Shown here piece by piece: positions 20,910 to 30,829 of a stretch of 64,000 nucleotides of DNA; within the stretch, counting starts at the first letter, position 1; every line of letters begins with the position of its first letter. Both the position numbers and the translations under genes were made by a program. The stretch spans positions 64,547 to 128,546 of the forward strand of contig CBDANQ010000057.1 in NCBI GenBank assembly GCA_965197725.1. Direction: 5' to 3'. The notes below the pieces were generated by a model, which saw nothing but the letters and a program-made list of their open reading frames with translations, ran no database searches and had not been told where the DNA came from. The DNA comes from Longimicrobiales bacterium (GTDB lineage: Bacteria; Gemmatimonadota; Gemmatimonadetes; Longimicrobiales; Gaopeijiaceae).

Positions 20910-21262
20910 TGGATCTCAAGGAAGCCCAAGAACGAGTCGACGACTGGATCTCCCGATTCGAGGAGGGCTACTGGCCCCCGCTCACGAACCTAGCCCGCCT
21001 CATCGAGGAGGTCGGCGAGTTCGCTCGCGAGATGAACCACCGTTTTGGGCACAAGACCAAGAAGCCGGACGAGCCCCAGCAGGATCTCGCGTTGGAGCTG
21101 GCGGACGTGCTCTTCGTGCTTCTGGTGATCGCGAACGAACAGCGGATCGATCTGGATGAGGCGCTCGAGCAGGTGCTCGAGAAGTACCGCGCGCGGGACT
21201 CTGAGCGGAATTGCCGGCCGCGGGCGCGTTGGACCCGGAGCGCGCGGTGCGCGTCAGCGTGA
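20909..21262 (+). CDS. MazG-like nucleotide pyrophosphohydrolase (YpjD-like)
   Basis: LARLIEEVGEFARE...ELADVLFVL. Confidence 0.88.
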   Translation: MDLKEAQERVDDWISRFEEGYWPPLTNLARLIEEVGEFAREMNHRFGHKTKKPDEPQQDLALELADVLFVLLVIANEQRIDLDEALEQVLEKYRARDSERNCRPRARWTRSARCASA

Positions 21263-22299
21263 TCATCCCCGCACGCAACGAAGCGATCAACATCGAGCGC
21301 TGCGTCGCGTCCGTCGCCGCGTCGACGTATCCGGACTTTGAGATCATTGTCGTCGATGATCGCAGCGGCGACAAAACCGCTTCACTCGCTCGTTCGGTGC
21401 CACGCGGCAACGCGAGCCGGATCACGGTGATCGATGGCCAGGAGCTACCGGAGGGGTGGTTGGGAAAGCCGTGGGCCTGCTGGCAGGGGGCGCAGGCGGC
21501 CGACGGTGGCTTCCTTCTCTTCACGGACGCGGACACGACGCATGGGCCCCAGATGCTCAGTCGCGCTGTGGCGGGTCTGTACGAAGACGAGGCGGACCTC
21601 ATGACCGTGCTGGGGCAGCAGCTCATGGGGTCGTTCTGGGAGCGTCTTGTTCAGCCGCAGATCTTCCTGCTCATGCTCTTTCGGTTTCCCGACTTCGAGC
21701 GGGCTGTGAAGAACCCGCGCTGGCGGGACGCCATCGCGAACGGCCAGTACATCCTTTTCACTCGCGGCGCGTATTACGAGATCGGCGGGCACGTGGCGGT
21801 GCAGGGCGAAGTCGTCGAGGACATGGCGCTCGCGATGCTCGTGAAGAGGGAGGGAAAGCGGTTACGGATCCGATCTGCGGTGGACGACCTGCAGACACGG
21901 ATGTACCGTTCGTTGGCAGGCCTCATCGAGGGCTGGTCCAAGAACATCTTGGTGGGCTGCTGGCTGAGTGTGCCTCCGTTTCTTCGCAGAGTGGTCGCGC
22001 CGATCGCGTTGGCCGCGGGAGTGTCGCTGTGGATCGCGCCACCTGCGGTGCTCCTGGCCGGTTTAGCGGGCTGGGTGGTGGGACCGCTTCTCCTGTGGTC
22101 CGCGGTGGTGTACGGTGTGAGCGTGACGATCTGGGCGCACCTCACTCACGTGATGCGGGGACCGCCACAGTACGGGTTCCTCTATCCACTCGGGGCCTTG
22201 GTGGGCGCATATATCTTCCTCCGATCATGGAGGCGCGGTCAAAACATCGAATGGAAAGGAAGGCGGTACACGGTGCGAGCCCCTTCGGAGATGCCCTAG
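21211..22299 (+). CDS. Family 2 glycosyltransferase (CrtQ/HpnB-like)
   Basis: VSVIIPARNE, VVDDRS, GWLGKPWAC, FTDAD, NGQ, EDMALA, EWKGR. Confidence 0.88.
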   Translation: MPAAGALDPERAVRVSVIIPARNEAINIERCVASVAASTYPDFEIIVVDDRSGDKTASLARSVPRGNASRITVIDGQELPEGWLGKPWACWQGAQAADGGFLLFTDADTTHGPQMLSRAVAGLYEDEADLMTVLGQQLMGSFWERLVQPQIFLLMLFRFPDFERAVKNPRWRDAIANGQYILFTRGAYYEIGGHVAVQGEVVEDMALAMLVKREGKRLRIRSAVDDLQTRMYRSLAGLIEGWSKNILVGCWLSVPPFLRRVVAPIALAAGVSLWIAPPAVLLAGLAGWVVGPLLLWSAVVYGVSVTIWAHLTHVMRGPPQYGFLYPLGALVGAYIFLRSWRRGQNIEWKGRRYTVRAPSEMP

Positions 22300-22327
22300 T
22301 GCTCTCACGTCGGTCCGCGAAGCCAGC

Positions 22328-23497
22328 GTGACGATCGACCGTCAGACGCTCGCGGACGAGTTGAGGGAGCACGCCCTCGCCTCGGGGTTTTCGCTCGCCG
22401 GCATCGCGTCCGTGGACGCGAGTGAGCACATGTCGGCCTACCGGGACTGGATCGACGAGGGCCGACACGGAGAGATGGCGTACCTGTCGCGCGCGGACGC
22501 GGTCTCCCGCAGAGCCGACCTCGACTCCACGATGAAGGACGTGCGTTCGGTGCTCGTCGTCGCGCACGAATACTTCGTCGAGGACCCACCAGGGGTGCCC
22601 CAGGACGCTTCGCGCGCCGTCATCGCCCGCTATGCGCGGGGGGACGACTACCACGGCGTCGTGAAGAACAAGCTGATCGCGCTCGCTCGGTGGTTGGACG
22701 CCAGGATCGATTCCAAGCTTCAGGCGCGGGCGTATGTCGACACCGGCCCGATCCTGGAGCGTGACCTCGCGCAGCGCGCGGGGCTCGGCTGGTTCGGCAC
22801 GAATACCATGCTCATCAACCCGCAACGAGGCTCCTACTTCTTCGTGGGTCTGCTCCTGCTCGACATAGAGCTGCCCCCGGATGAGCCGTTTGTGGAGGAT
22901 CGTTGCGGGACCTGTCAGGCGTGCCTCGATGCGTGCCCGACCGGAGCGTTGCTGGGCCGTGATGAGAGCGGCGCGCCCATCATCGACGCGAGGCGGTGCA
23001 TCTCCTATCTGACCATCGAGCTCCGCGGCCCGATCCCCGCGGCGTTGCGACCCGGCATTGGGAACCGCGTTTACGGGTGTGACATCTGCCAGGAGGTGTG
23101 TCCATTCACCCGAAAGTTCTCGGTCCCGACATCAGAGTCGGCATACTCCCCGATGTCGGCGCTCGATGGGCCACCACTCACTGAGTTGGCGGAGCGACTC
23201 TTGTCGTTGTCGGGGCGCGGATTCGGTCGCGCGTTCGCCGATTCCCCCGTACTCAGGGCCGGGCGTAAGGGGTTGCTCCGCAACGTGTGCGTGGCGTTGG
23301 GTAATTGGGGATCGGAAGGGGCAGTCCCCGCTCTCGCGGCGGCGCTCTTCGATCCGGCACCGTTGGTGCGCGGGCACGCGGCTTGGGCGTTGGGGCGCAT
23401 CGATTCCCCGGCGGCGGTCGAGGCGCTTTCGTCCAGAGTGCTGGTCGAGGAAGACAGCTGGGTCAGAGAGGAGATCTCATCCGCGCTCGGCAGCTGA
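22328..23497 (+). CDS. queG: Epoxyqueuosine reductase
   Basis: ARYARGDDYH, VDTGPILER, CGTCQACLDACPTGA, GCDICQEVCP, HEAT-like C-terminus. Confidence 0.93.
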   Translation: MTIDRQTLADELREHALASGFSLAGIASVDASEHMSAYRDWIDEGRHGEMAYLSRADAVSRRADLDSTMKDVRSVLVVAHEYFVEDPPGVPQDASRAVIARYARGDDYHGVVKNKLIALARWLDARIDSKLQARAYVDTGPILERDLAQRAGLGWFGTNTMLINPQRGSYFFVGLLLLDIELPPDEPFVEDRCGTCQACLDACPTGALLGRDESGAPIIDARRCISYLTIELRGPIPAALRPGIGNRVYGCDICQEVCPFTRKFSVPTSESAYSPMSALDGPPLTELAERLLSLSGRGFGRAFADSPVLRAGRKGLLRNVCVALGNWGSEGAVPALAAALFDPAPLVRGHAAWALGRIDSPAAVEALSSRVLVEEDSWVREEISSALGS

Positions 23498-23519
23498 CCA
23501 CGGCGTTTGTGCATGGCTC

Positions 23520-23907
23520 CGAAGATCGCAAAAACTTCTTGGCGCTGAACGTCACGCCCGGGAGCCCTTCGAAGTCAGCGTCCTGTGTCCAAACGGTGGC
23601 CCCCATCGACTGAGCAGTCGCATAGATGATGCTATCGGCCAGCGGCAGGGAGTGCTCGGCCGGGAGCTTGGCCGCGAGAAGCGCAAGAGAAGGATCGAGA
23701 TCGATGACCTCCCCTTGCTGCATTGCTGCTACAGCCTGGAGTGCGTTAGCCTCGGTGTCTTCTCGAAGGACGAACTCGGAAATCTCGGTGAGACAGATCG
23801 TGGGTACGATGAGTTCGCCGATGTCGTCGGTTGGTTCCCGAGAAGTGGTCAGCGTTCGGTCTTTCGGTGAAGAGTTCAATCCAGCCCGGTGAGTCTAAGA
23901 GGTTCAC
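23520..23907 (-). pseudogene. vapC: VapC (PIN) toxin, frameshifted
   Basis: NLLDSPGWIELF then, in another frame, VPTICLTE...LPLADSIIYATA...WTQDADF. Confidence 0.8.
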
Positions 23908-24003
23908 CGCCGATCCGGCTCCCGCTCGAACCTGGCGTTCATACCCTTCAGGAATCCCCGGAATAACGACTTGGTACTTTGGCGCAACCGTTACTACGGT
24001 CAT
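23904..24003 (-). pseudogene. AbrB/MazE-type antitoxin remnant with internal deletion
   Basis: MTVVTVAPKYQVVIP joined out of frame to GFLKGMNARFEREPDRR-stop, overlapping the vapC GTG. Confidence 0.7.
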
Positions 24004-24234
24004 CCCCCGCATCTCTGGCGAGTCCGTCCTCGCTGGTAAGTGCGCGAGAGCGCGGCGGGCGCGAACGGAGGTGAGCCCGGCTCTCGGCGTTCGTGCCGAT
24101 CGACATTTTGGGAGGGGCATCGCCATCCTTCGGACCTTCATGTATCGTGTGCCTCGTCGCTCTCCTACCCAAACAGACGAGGCCTCCGATGGTTCGTAAA
24201 GCGACGCTCGCTCTTGGACTCTGCACTCTTCTTA

Positions 24235-24603
24235 ATGGCTGAGCAGCTTTTCGACGGCGTCATCGAGGAAGGTCGAGGGGATGGTACGTGGGTGGCCGTC
24301 CCCTTCGACGTGGAGGCCGTCTTCGGCACCCGTGGTCCTGTTCGCGTCATCGCGACCTTCGACGGGGCAGAAGACCAGACCGATCTCGCGCCGATGGGCG
24401 GGCGACACGTGCTCGGACTCCGCAAGTCGATTCGGCGGGCTCTGGGAAAGGGGGTTGAGGCGAGCGAGTTATTCGACAGCCTTTCATTCACGCACCGGAA
24501 GAAGATGGCCGGTTCCATCCGGGAGGCTACGAAGGCAGAGACGAGGCTGCGGAGGCTCGACAAAGCGATGACGCTCCTCCGCAATCGCCAGAAGCCCGCC
24601 TGA
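24235..24603 (+). CDS. DUF1905 plus YdeI/OmdA-domain protein, probably internally deleted
   Basis: VAVPFDVEAVFGTRG...IRRALGK then directly FDSLSFTHRK...ETRLRR. Confidence 0.7.
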   Translation: MAEQLFDGVIEEGRGDGTWVAVPFDVEAVFGTRGPVRVIATFDGAEDQTDLAPMGGRHVLGLRKSIRRALGKGVEASELFDSLSFTHRKKMAGSIREATKAETRLRRLDKAMTLLRNRQKPA

Positions 24604-24618
24604 GAGGCACGGCGCTCT

Positions 24619-27087
24619 GTGACTCCCCTACACGTACTCAAGTTCGGCGGCACGTCGCTCGCATCGGCTGAGTGCATCGAACGCGTGGGCCAGATCGTGA
24701 CACGGGCAAGCGAAGACTCTCGCGTCGTGGTTGTCGTCTCCGCCGTGGGTGGCGTGACGAGCGACCTGATCGACGCCTCGGCGCTAGCTGCGCAGGGCGA
24801 CGAAGCGTATCTGGCCGTGCTCGATCGCGTCATCGCTTCGCACGACGAGCCGCTGGCGTCGTTGGTGGCCGAGCAAGAACGCGAGCATGTGCAGGCCGCA
24901 TACCAGGCCTGGGCCGAGGAGCTCGAGGACAGGCTCCACGGGATCTCACTTGTGGGCGAGTGCACAGCGCGCACGCTCGACGCCGTACTGGTGTTCGGAG
25001 AGCTGGTCTCGTCGGCGTTGCTCGCCGCCACGCTACGGAAATCGGGGATGGACGCCGAGGCGTGTGACGCCCGTGCTCTGATCGTTACTGACGATGCCTT
25101 CGGAAGCGCCCGGGTCGATCGGAAAACGACCGCCGAACGCGTGCGAGTGCACTTCGCCGCGACCGACGTGATCCAAGTAGTCACGGGCTTCATCGCCTCC
25201 GGCCCGGACGGCGAGACCACGACATTGGGCAGGGGCGGCTCGGACTACACCGCCGCTCTTCTAGCAGCCGACCTGTCCGCGGACCGCCTCGAGATCTGGA
25301 CTGACGTCGACGGTGTGATGAGCGCTGATCCCAGGCTCGTGCCGCAGGCATTCCCCTTGGCGAAGCTGTCGTACGAGGAGCTCATGGAGCTGTCGCACTT
25401 CGGCGCCAAGGTCATCTACCCGCCATCGGTTCATCCGGCCCGGGAGCGGCGGATCCCCCTCGTCATCCGCAACACGTTCAACGTCGAGTTCGACGGCACA
25501 CATGTTGGGGAGGATGCGGCGGCAGCGACGGTTGGGCCGGTGCGCGGGATCTCATCGATCAACGACGTCGCGCTGCTACGCCTGGAGGGGGACGGGATGG
25601 TGGGCGTGCCCGGCGTGGTCGCGCGGCTCTTCCAGGCTCTGGCCCGCGACGAGGTGAACGTCATCCTCATCAGCCAGGCGTCGAGCGAACACTCGATCTG
25701 CTTCGCGGTGGCCCCTGCCTCGGTCGCGCTCGCCCGTAAGGGCGTGGAGGACGAGTTCAGTCTGGAACGGACCGTTGGCATCATCGGCGATCTCATCGTC
25801 GAGCAAGATCTCTCGATCATCGCCGCCGTCGGCGAAGCAATGCGTGACACCCCGGGTATCGCAGGCCGGCTCTTCTCCGTGCTGGGTCAGTGTGGAGTCA
25901 ACGTCCACGCGATCGCGCAGGGCTCCTCGGAGCTCAACATCTCGCTCGTAGTGGCGAAGTCTGACGAGGTCCGGGCACTCCAGGCGCTTCACGACGCGTT
26001 CTTCCAGCCGCGTGCGTCGACCGCCCAGGTCTTTCTGGCTGGGGTGGGCAACGTGGGCGCAGCACTCCTGACCCAGATCGAAGAGATGGCGCATAGGTGC
26101 GACAAGGGAGGGGGGACGGTGCTTCGCTTGGTCGGGGTCGCGAGCAGCCGGCGTGGCCTACTCGACGCGAGCGGAGTCCCGCTCGCCGACTGGCAGCAGC
26201 AGCTGGAAGCGAGCGACCGCGCAGCCCACGCCGTCATCGAGCGGGCGCTCGAGCCCACCAGGAGCCCTAGGATCTTCGTCGACTGCACCGCCAGCGAAGA
26301 GGTCTCCGCGCGGTATGAGGAGCTCTTGGCCTCGGGAGCCGCCGTCGTAGCAGCTAACAAGCGGGCTTTCTCCGGTTCGATGGGTCGCTATCGGGCGCTC
26401 ACGAATCCTGCCGCGGGCGGCGCGCGCGCCTACTTCGAGACGACCGTCGGGGCCGGGCTCCCTGTGCTACGCACCATCAGCGACCTCGTGGCGACAGGTG
26501 ACGAGATCGTGTCGGTGGAGGGTGTGTTCTCGGGCACGCTCGGTTTCGTGCTCGGCGAAGTCATGGCGGGACAGAGCTTCAGCGAGGCGCTTGCCGAAGC
26601 GAGCGCGAAGGGGTACACCGAGCCCGATCCGAGAGCAGATCTGTCCGGACACGACGTCGTAAGAAAGCTACTCATCGTCGCGCGGGTCGCAGGTATGGTC
26701 ATCGAGCCCGCGGACGTCAGCGTGGAGTTGCTCCTGCCCGGAGACAGGTGGCAGGCCGGTGGTGTCGACGCGTTCATGGCGAAGACGCGGGGGGCCGACG
26801 AGACTTTCGCTCAGCGGCGGGCCGGGGCGATCGAGCAGGGACGACACCTCTGCTTCCTGGGCTCGGTCTCACGGGAGGGCGCGACAGTTGGTCTCACCGC
26901 TGTCGCCCCCGAGCACGCCTGCTTCGGGCTCCGGGGCACGGACAACGTCGTTATCATCCGCACGGCACGATATCCGACTCCCGTTGTGGTCAGGGGCGCC
27001 GGCGCGGGTCCGGAGGTCACGGCGGCGGGTGTCCTTGCCGATATTCTGGCAGCGGTTAGAGAGTCCACGAACCAGGTCGAATCGTGA
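24619..27087 (+). CDS. thrA: Bifunctional aspartokinase / homoserine dehydrogenase
   Basis: KFGGTS, TTLGRGGSDYTA, ACT domains (QASSE, QGSSE), ETTVGAGLP, GYTEPDPR, GAGAGPEVTA. Confidence 0.95.
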   Translation: MTPLHVLKFGGTSLASAECIERVGQIVTRASEDSRVVVVVSAVGGVTSDLIDASALAAQGDEAYLAVLDRVIASHDEPLASLVAEQEREHVQAAYQAWAEELEDRLHGISLVGECTARTLDAVLVFGELVSSALLAATLRKSGMDAEACDARALIVTDDAFGSARVDRKTTAERVRVHFAATDVIQVVTGFIASGPDGETTTLGRGGSDYTAALLAADLSADRLEIWTDVDGVMSADPRLVPQAFPLAKLSYEELMELSHFGAKVIYPPSVHPARERRIPLVIRNTFNVEFDGTHVGEDAAAATVGPVRGISSINDVALLRLEGDGMVGVPGVVARLFQALARDEVNVILISQASSEHSICFAVAPASVALARKGVEDEFSLERTVGIIGDLIVEQDLSIIAAVGEAMRDTPGIAGRLFSVLGQCGVNVHAIAQGSSELNISLVVAKSDEVRALQALHDAFFQPRASTAQVFLAGVGNVGAALLTQIEEMAHRCDKGGGTVLRLVGVASSRRGLLDASGVPLADWQQQLEASDRAAHAVIERALEPTRSPRIFVDCTASEEVSARYEELLASGAAVVAANKRAFSGSMGRYRALTNPAAGGARAYFETTVGAGLPVLRTISDLVATGDEIVSVEGVFSGTLGFVLGEVMAGQSFSEALAEASAKGYTEPDPRADLSGHDVVRKLLIVARVAGMVIEPADVSVELLLPGDRWQAGGVDAFMAKTRGADETFAQRRAGAIEQGRHLCFLGSVSREGATVGLTAVAPEHACFGLRGTDNVVIIRTARYPTPVVVRGAGAGPEVTAAGVLADILAAVRESTNQVES

Positions 27088-28172
27088 TGCCACTGACGGG
27101 GCGAATCCCGGTCGCGGTGCTCGGCGCCACTGGCAGTGTAGGACAGCGGATGCTGGCGTTGCTCGACGGGCACCCGTGGTTCCGATTGGGCTCGGTAACG
27201 GCCTCCGAACGATCTGCCGGGCGTGTTTACGACGAAGCGGCACGGTGGGTCCTCCCGACGCCGATTCCCGAGGAAGTCGCGGGCATGGAGGTGCGCGCGA
27301 CGGGTCCGGCGCTGGAGGAGGGACTGCTCTTCTCCGCGCTCGACGCGTCGGTTGCCGGGTCGGTCGAGACCGAATACGCGGAGCAGGGTCACGTGGTGGT
27401 GTCGAACGCCCGGAACCACCGCATGGACCCGGACGTGCCGTTGCTCGTGCCCGAGGTCAACCCGGATCATCTGGATCTGGTGGCGCGCCAGTCGTTCGGA
27501 GGCGGAGCAATCATCGCCAACCCGAACTGCTCCACGATCGGCATGGTGCTCGCGCTGGCGCCGCTTCACCAGGCGTTCGGCGTAGAGCGCGTGAACGTGG
27601 TCACGCTACAAGCGATCTCCGGCGCCGGCATTCCAGGCGTCGCTAGCCTCCAGATCATAGACAACGTCGTCCCCTTCATTTCCGGTGAAGAAGAGAAGCT
27701 GGAGACCGAGCCTTTGAAGATCCTCGGCGAGCTGGCGGACGGGCTCGTCGCGCCCGCGCCGCTGACGGTGAGCGCCCAGTGTAACCGGGTGCCTGTGGTG
27801 GACGGCCACACGCTGTGTATTTCGGTCGAGCTCGGGCGCGCGGTCAGCGCAGAGGCGATCATCGACGCGTGGGATTCGTTCCGAGGCGAGCCGACCGCGC
27901 TGGGACTCCCGTCCGCTCCTACGCGTCCCGTCGTCTATGTCGATCAGCCCGACCAGCCTCAGCCTCGGATGCATCGAGATCTCGCGAGTGGCATGGCGGT
28001 GGCGGTCGGAAGGCTTCGCCCTTGCCCCTTGCTCGATTGGAAGTTCGTGACGACTTCGCACAACACGGTCCGTGGAGCTGCGGGCGGTGCGCTGCTGTGT
28101 GCGGAACTGGCGGGGGCGCGGCGCGCGGTGGAGGGTCTTCGTGGCTTTGGAGGCGGCCTGCCTGGGCCCTAG
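27084..28172 (+). CDS. asd: Aspartate-semialdehyde dehydrogenase
   Basis: LGATGSVGQ, PEVN, NPNCST, CNRVPVVDGH, HNTVRGAAG. Confidence 0.95.
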   Translation: MMPLTGRIPVAVLGATGSVGQRMLALLDGHPWFRLGSVTASERSAGRVYDEAARWVLPTPIPEEVAGMEVRATGPALEEGLLFSALDASVAGSVETEYAEQGHVVVSNARNHRMDPDVPLLVPEVNPDHLDLVARQSFGGGAIIANPNCSTIGMVLALAPLHQAFGVERVNVVTLQAISGAGIPGVASLQIIDNVVPFISGEEEKLETEPLKILGELADGLVAPAPLTVSAQCNRVPVVDGHTLCISVELGRAVSAEAIIDAWDSFRGEPTALGLPSAPTRPVVYVDQPDQPQPRMHRDLASGMAVAVGRLRPCPLLDWKFVTTSHNTVRGAAGGALLCAELAGARRAVEGLRGFGGGLPGP

Positions 28173-28259
28173 GGATGACCCGGCTCGGAGTCTCAGCGAG
28201 GTGCGCGTCTACAGCCGCTCGGCGGCGAAGCGAGCTCGATTCGTCGAGCGCGCCTCGCG

Positions 28260-28400
28260 CGCTATTTCGGGTACTCCTGGAGAGTCTGCTCAGCAAGGTC
28301 ACCTGGCAGGAAGCGCTGGCGCGCGCCTGCGCCGATCCGAACCAAGAGCACAGTCTTTCCAACGCCTCGCAGCCCCAACAGGAGCCCTTCGGGAGGCTGC
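28260..28400 (-). pseudogene. Remnant of a P-loop (AAA_16-like) ATPase
   Basis: LLLGLRGVGKTVLL Walker A in a short broken ORF. Confidence 0.5.
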
Positions 28401-28403
28401 AGC

Positions 28404-28958
28404 TCAGGCGCCCTCGAACTCACACAGCGCGAAGCAATCACAGCCGAGGGCGCGGAGTCGGTCCGCACCTCCCAGGTCGGGCAGATCGATGACGAAGCAG
28501 GCCTCGACTACGGTGCCGCCTACTCCTCGGATCAGCTCGAGCGCTGCCGACGCGGTGCCTCCCGTGGCGATCAGGTCGTCAACGAGCAGAACGTCGTCTC
28601 CCTCCGAGATCGCGTGCGCGTGCATCTCCATGCGGTCGGTCCCGTATTCGAGCTGGTAGTCCGCGCCAACGACTTCACCCGGCAGCTTGCCGGCTTTGCG
28701 AATGGGGATGAAACCGACCCCCAGCTGATAGGCGACGGCGGTGCCGAACATGAACCCCCGAGCCTCGATCCCCGCAACGAGGTCGATGCCCGCACCGGTA
28801 TACCGCTGCACCATGCTGTCCACCGCCGTACGCAACCCGCTCGCGTTCTCCAGGAGCCCGGTCACGTCTCGGAAGAGAATGCCATCGTGAGGGTAGTCCC
28901 GGACGGTGCGGATGTAGGACTTGATCGAGCCTCGCGGCGGTTCGGGCGGGCGTGGCAT
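28404..28958 (-). CDS. apt: Adenine phosphoribosyltransferase
   Basis: GIEARGF, RKAGKLP, LEYGT, LLVDDLIATGGT. Confidence 0.95.
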   Translation of the reverse strand: MPRPPEPPRGSIKSYIRTVRDYPHDGILFRDVTGLLENASGLRTAVDSMVQRYTGAGIDLVAGIEARGFMFGTAVAYQLGVGFIPIRKAGKLPGEVVGADYQLEYGTDRMEMHAHAISEGDDVLLVDDLIATGGTASAALELIRGVGGTVVEACFVIDLPDLGGADRLRALGCDCFALCEFEGA

Positions 28959-29584
28959 CAGGCCACGGGCCCCGCGTGACCGTGATGCCGGTGATCGCGA
29001 CGGCCCTGATGAAAGACCACGTGCACGAGGGCGCCGCTCACGAACGCCTGGTAGTACTCGACGCCGGTTCCGTGCTGGCCGCTATCCAGGCCAGCGGCGA
29101 GCAGGTACCCGGCCAGGGTTGCGAGCACGATGGTCGCGACGCCCGCAACGCTGGCCCACGTGCCATGCCGAGGCCGGATGAGCCACCAAATGACCAGGCT
29201 GACCGGGATGCGGTGCAGGATCAGGGCAAGCCCGAACGCCAAACCAACCGTGCCTCCGGGCCCAAAGGCGGCCCCTTCCAGAAGCGCGTGCAGAGCCAGA
29301 CCGGAGAGGACCAGGATGATGGCGAAGTTGTCGGTGTGCGCCTCGAACACGTGTGACGCTCGTTCGCACAGGTTGGGCAGGAGTAGGCCCGCCACTACGA
29401 CCAGAGGCACGACGAAGCTGCGATCTTCCCATGCGAACGGAATGATCTGCCATGCCACGAGCAGCGGTACAGCCAGATAGACGAAACCGTCAACCAGGCG
29501 TACGGCCTTGGGGTGTGCGTGGAGGCGCCCATAGAGCGCCGGCCCGATCGCGGGTGTTGCGAGTGCGGCGACGAGGAACAGCAT
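28958..29584 (-). CDS. Membrane protein with ZIP-like His motifs and His-rich tail (possible metal transporter)
   Basis: GLALHALLEG, LILHRIP, HVVFHQGRRDHRHHGH; about 7 TM segments. Confidence 0.65.
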   Translation of the reverse strand: MLFLVAALATPAIGPALYGRLHAHPKAVRLVDGFVYLAVPLLVAWQIIPFAWEDRSFVVPLVVVAGLLLPNLCERASHVFEAHTDNFAIILVLSGLALHALLEGAAFGPGGTVGLAFGLALILHRIPVSLVIWWLIRPRHGTWASVAGVATIVLATLAGYLLAAGLDSGQHGTGVEYYQAFVSGALVHVVFHQGRRDHRHHGHAGPVA

Positions 29585-29717
29585 GCGAGAAGATGGCCAG
29601 GACGAGCGCCGGCTGCGAGGCCTCCCGATCGGAACGCGTGGGCCCCTGCGGGCGTGATTGGACAGCAAGCCGGAAGTCGAGAACGGCCGGCCCTTGCGCC
29701 CGCCGGCACGTTGTCCA

Positions 29718-29737
29718 AATTTAGGCACGCCTAAATT
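29718..29737. promoter_or_regulatory. DtxR/MntR-type operator palindrome
   Basis: AATTTAGGC-AC-GCCTAAATT, perfect 9-bp arms, AT-rich island 51 bp upstream of a DtxR-family gene. Confidence 0.8.
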
Positions 29738-29788
29738 AGGCGGAGCGGCCTCCGGCTCTGCCTCCGTCCACCCAAGTCCGTCGGCCGT

Positions 29789-30829
29789 ATGGTCAATCCC
29801 GCTCTCGCACTCTCTGTCTTCGCGCTGCTGGTCGCGGTTCTCGCGCTCGTCTTCTGGCCGCGACGGGGCGTGTACACGCGATTCGCACACGTGGCGCTGC
29901 TGACGGAGCGTGTCCGTCTCGAGGACGCGCTCAAGCACGTGTACATGTGGGAGCAGGCTGGCCGGGTCAGCACCCTCGAGAGCCTTGCTGGGCGTCTCGA
30001 GATCTCGAGGGCTAGGGCCGCCACGCTGCTGCAGCGCCTCACTGAGCTGGGTCTGATCCGCACCGATGATGAAGGTCCCGCGCTATCTGAGGATGGACGC
30101 GAGGAGGCGCTGCGGCTCGTTCGCACGCACCGTCTTTGGGAGCGCTACCTCGCGGACCGGACTGGTGTGCCCGCGACCGAGTGGCACGATGAAGCCGAGC
30201 GCGTGGAGCACAGCCTCTCCGCGGAGCAGGCGGAGGCGCTCTCCGCTCGGCTCGGACACCCGCGCTGGGACCCACACGGCGATCCGATTCCGACACCGAG
30301 TGGTGACTTGCCGGAAGTTGAGCGGCTGAGCCTCGCGGGAGCGCCCGCCGGGCGTACGGTCGAAGTAGTGCACCTCGAGGACGAACCGCCAGAGATTTTC
30401 GACGCGCTGCTCACCCAGGGTCTCAATCTCGGCGGGCGGCTCGCTGTCGTGGCACGCGACGACCGACGCGTGCGCATCGCCACCGGCGGCCGCGAGTGGT
30501 CCGTCGATCTTGTCGACGCACGCAACGTGACGGTGCGCGTGCTCGCCGAGGGCGAGACCGCCGAGGGCCCCTCGGAGACGCTGGCCGACCTCGCGCCCGG
30601 TGAAGTGGGTCGGGTCCTGGACCTCTCCGCGGCGTGCCGCGGACAGCAGCGTCGGCGGCTGCTCGACCTCGGGGTAGTGAAGGGAACGGAGATCACGGCC
30701 GAGATGGTGAGCGCTTCGGGCGACCCTGTGGCCTACCTCATTCGCGGTGCGTTGATCGCCTTACGGCGTGGCCAGGCCGAGTGGGTCTTGATCGACCGTG
30801 TCCGGACCTCAGCGGAGGTCGCTTCCTGA
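29789..30829 (+). CDS. DtxR/MntR-family metal-dependent regulator with N-terminal TM helix and two FeoA domains
   Basis: EDALKH, RTHRLWERYL, EAERVEH, DPHGDPIP, RRLLDLG...SGDPVAYLIRGALIALR. Confidence 0.9.
   Translation: MVNPALALSVFALLVAVLALVFWPRRGVYTRFAHVALLTERVRLEDALKHVYMWEQAGRVSTLESLAGRLEISRARAATLLQRLTELGLIRTDDEGPALSEDGREEALRLVRTHRLWERYLADRTGVPATEWHDEAERVEHSLSAEQAEALSARLGHPRWDPHGDPIPTPSGDLPEVERLSLAGAPAGRTVEVVHLEDEPPEIFDALLTQGLNLGGRLAVVARDDRRVRIATGGREWSVDLVDARNVTVRVLAEGETAEGPSETLADLAPGEVGRVLDLSAACRGQQRRRLLDLGVVKGTEITAEMVSASGDPVAYLIRGALIALRRGQAEWVLIDRVRTSAEVAS

Noticed and set aside
18667..23497. 7-deazaguanine DNA-modification (dpd) defence island
   Set aside because: Only housekeeping queE and queG; no dpdA/tgt-like or restriction genes
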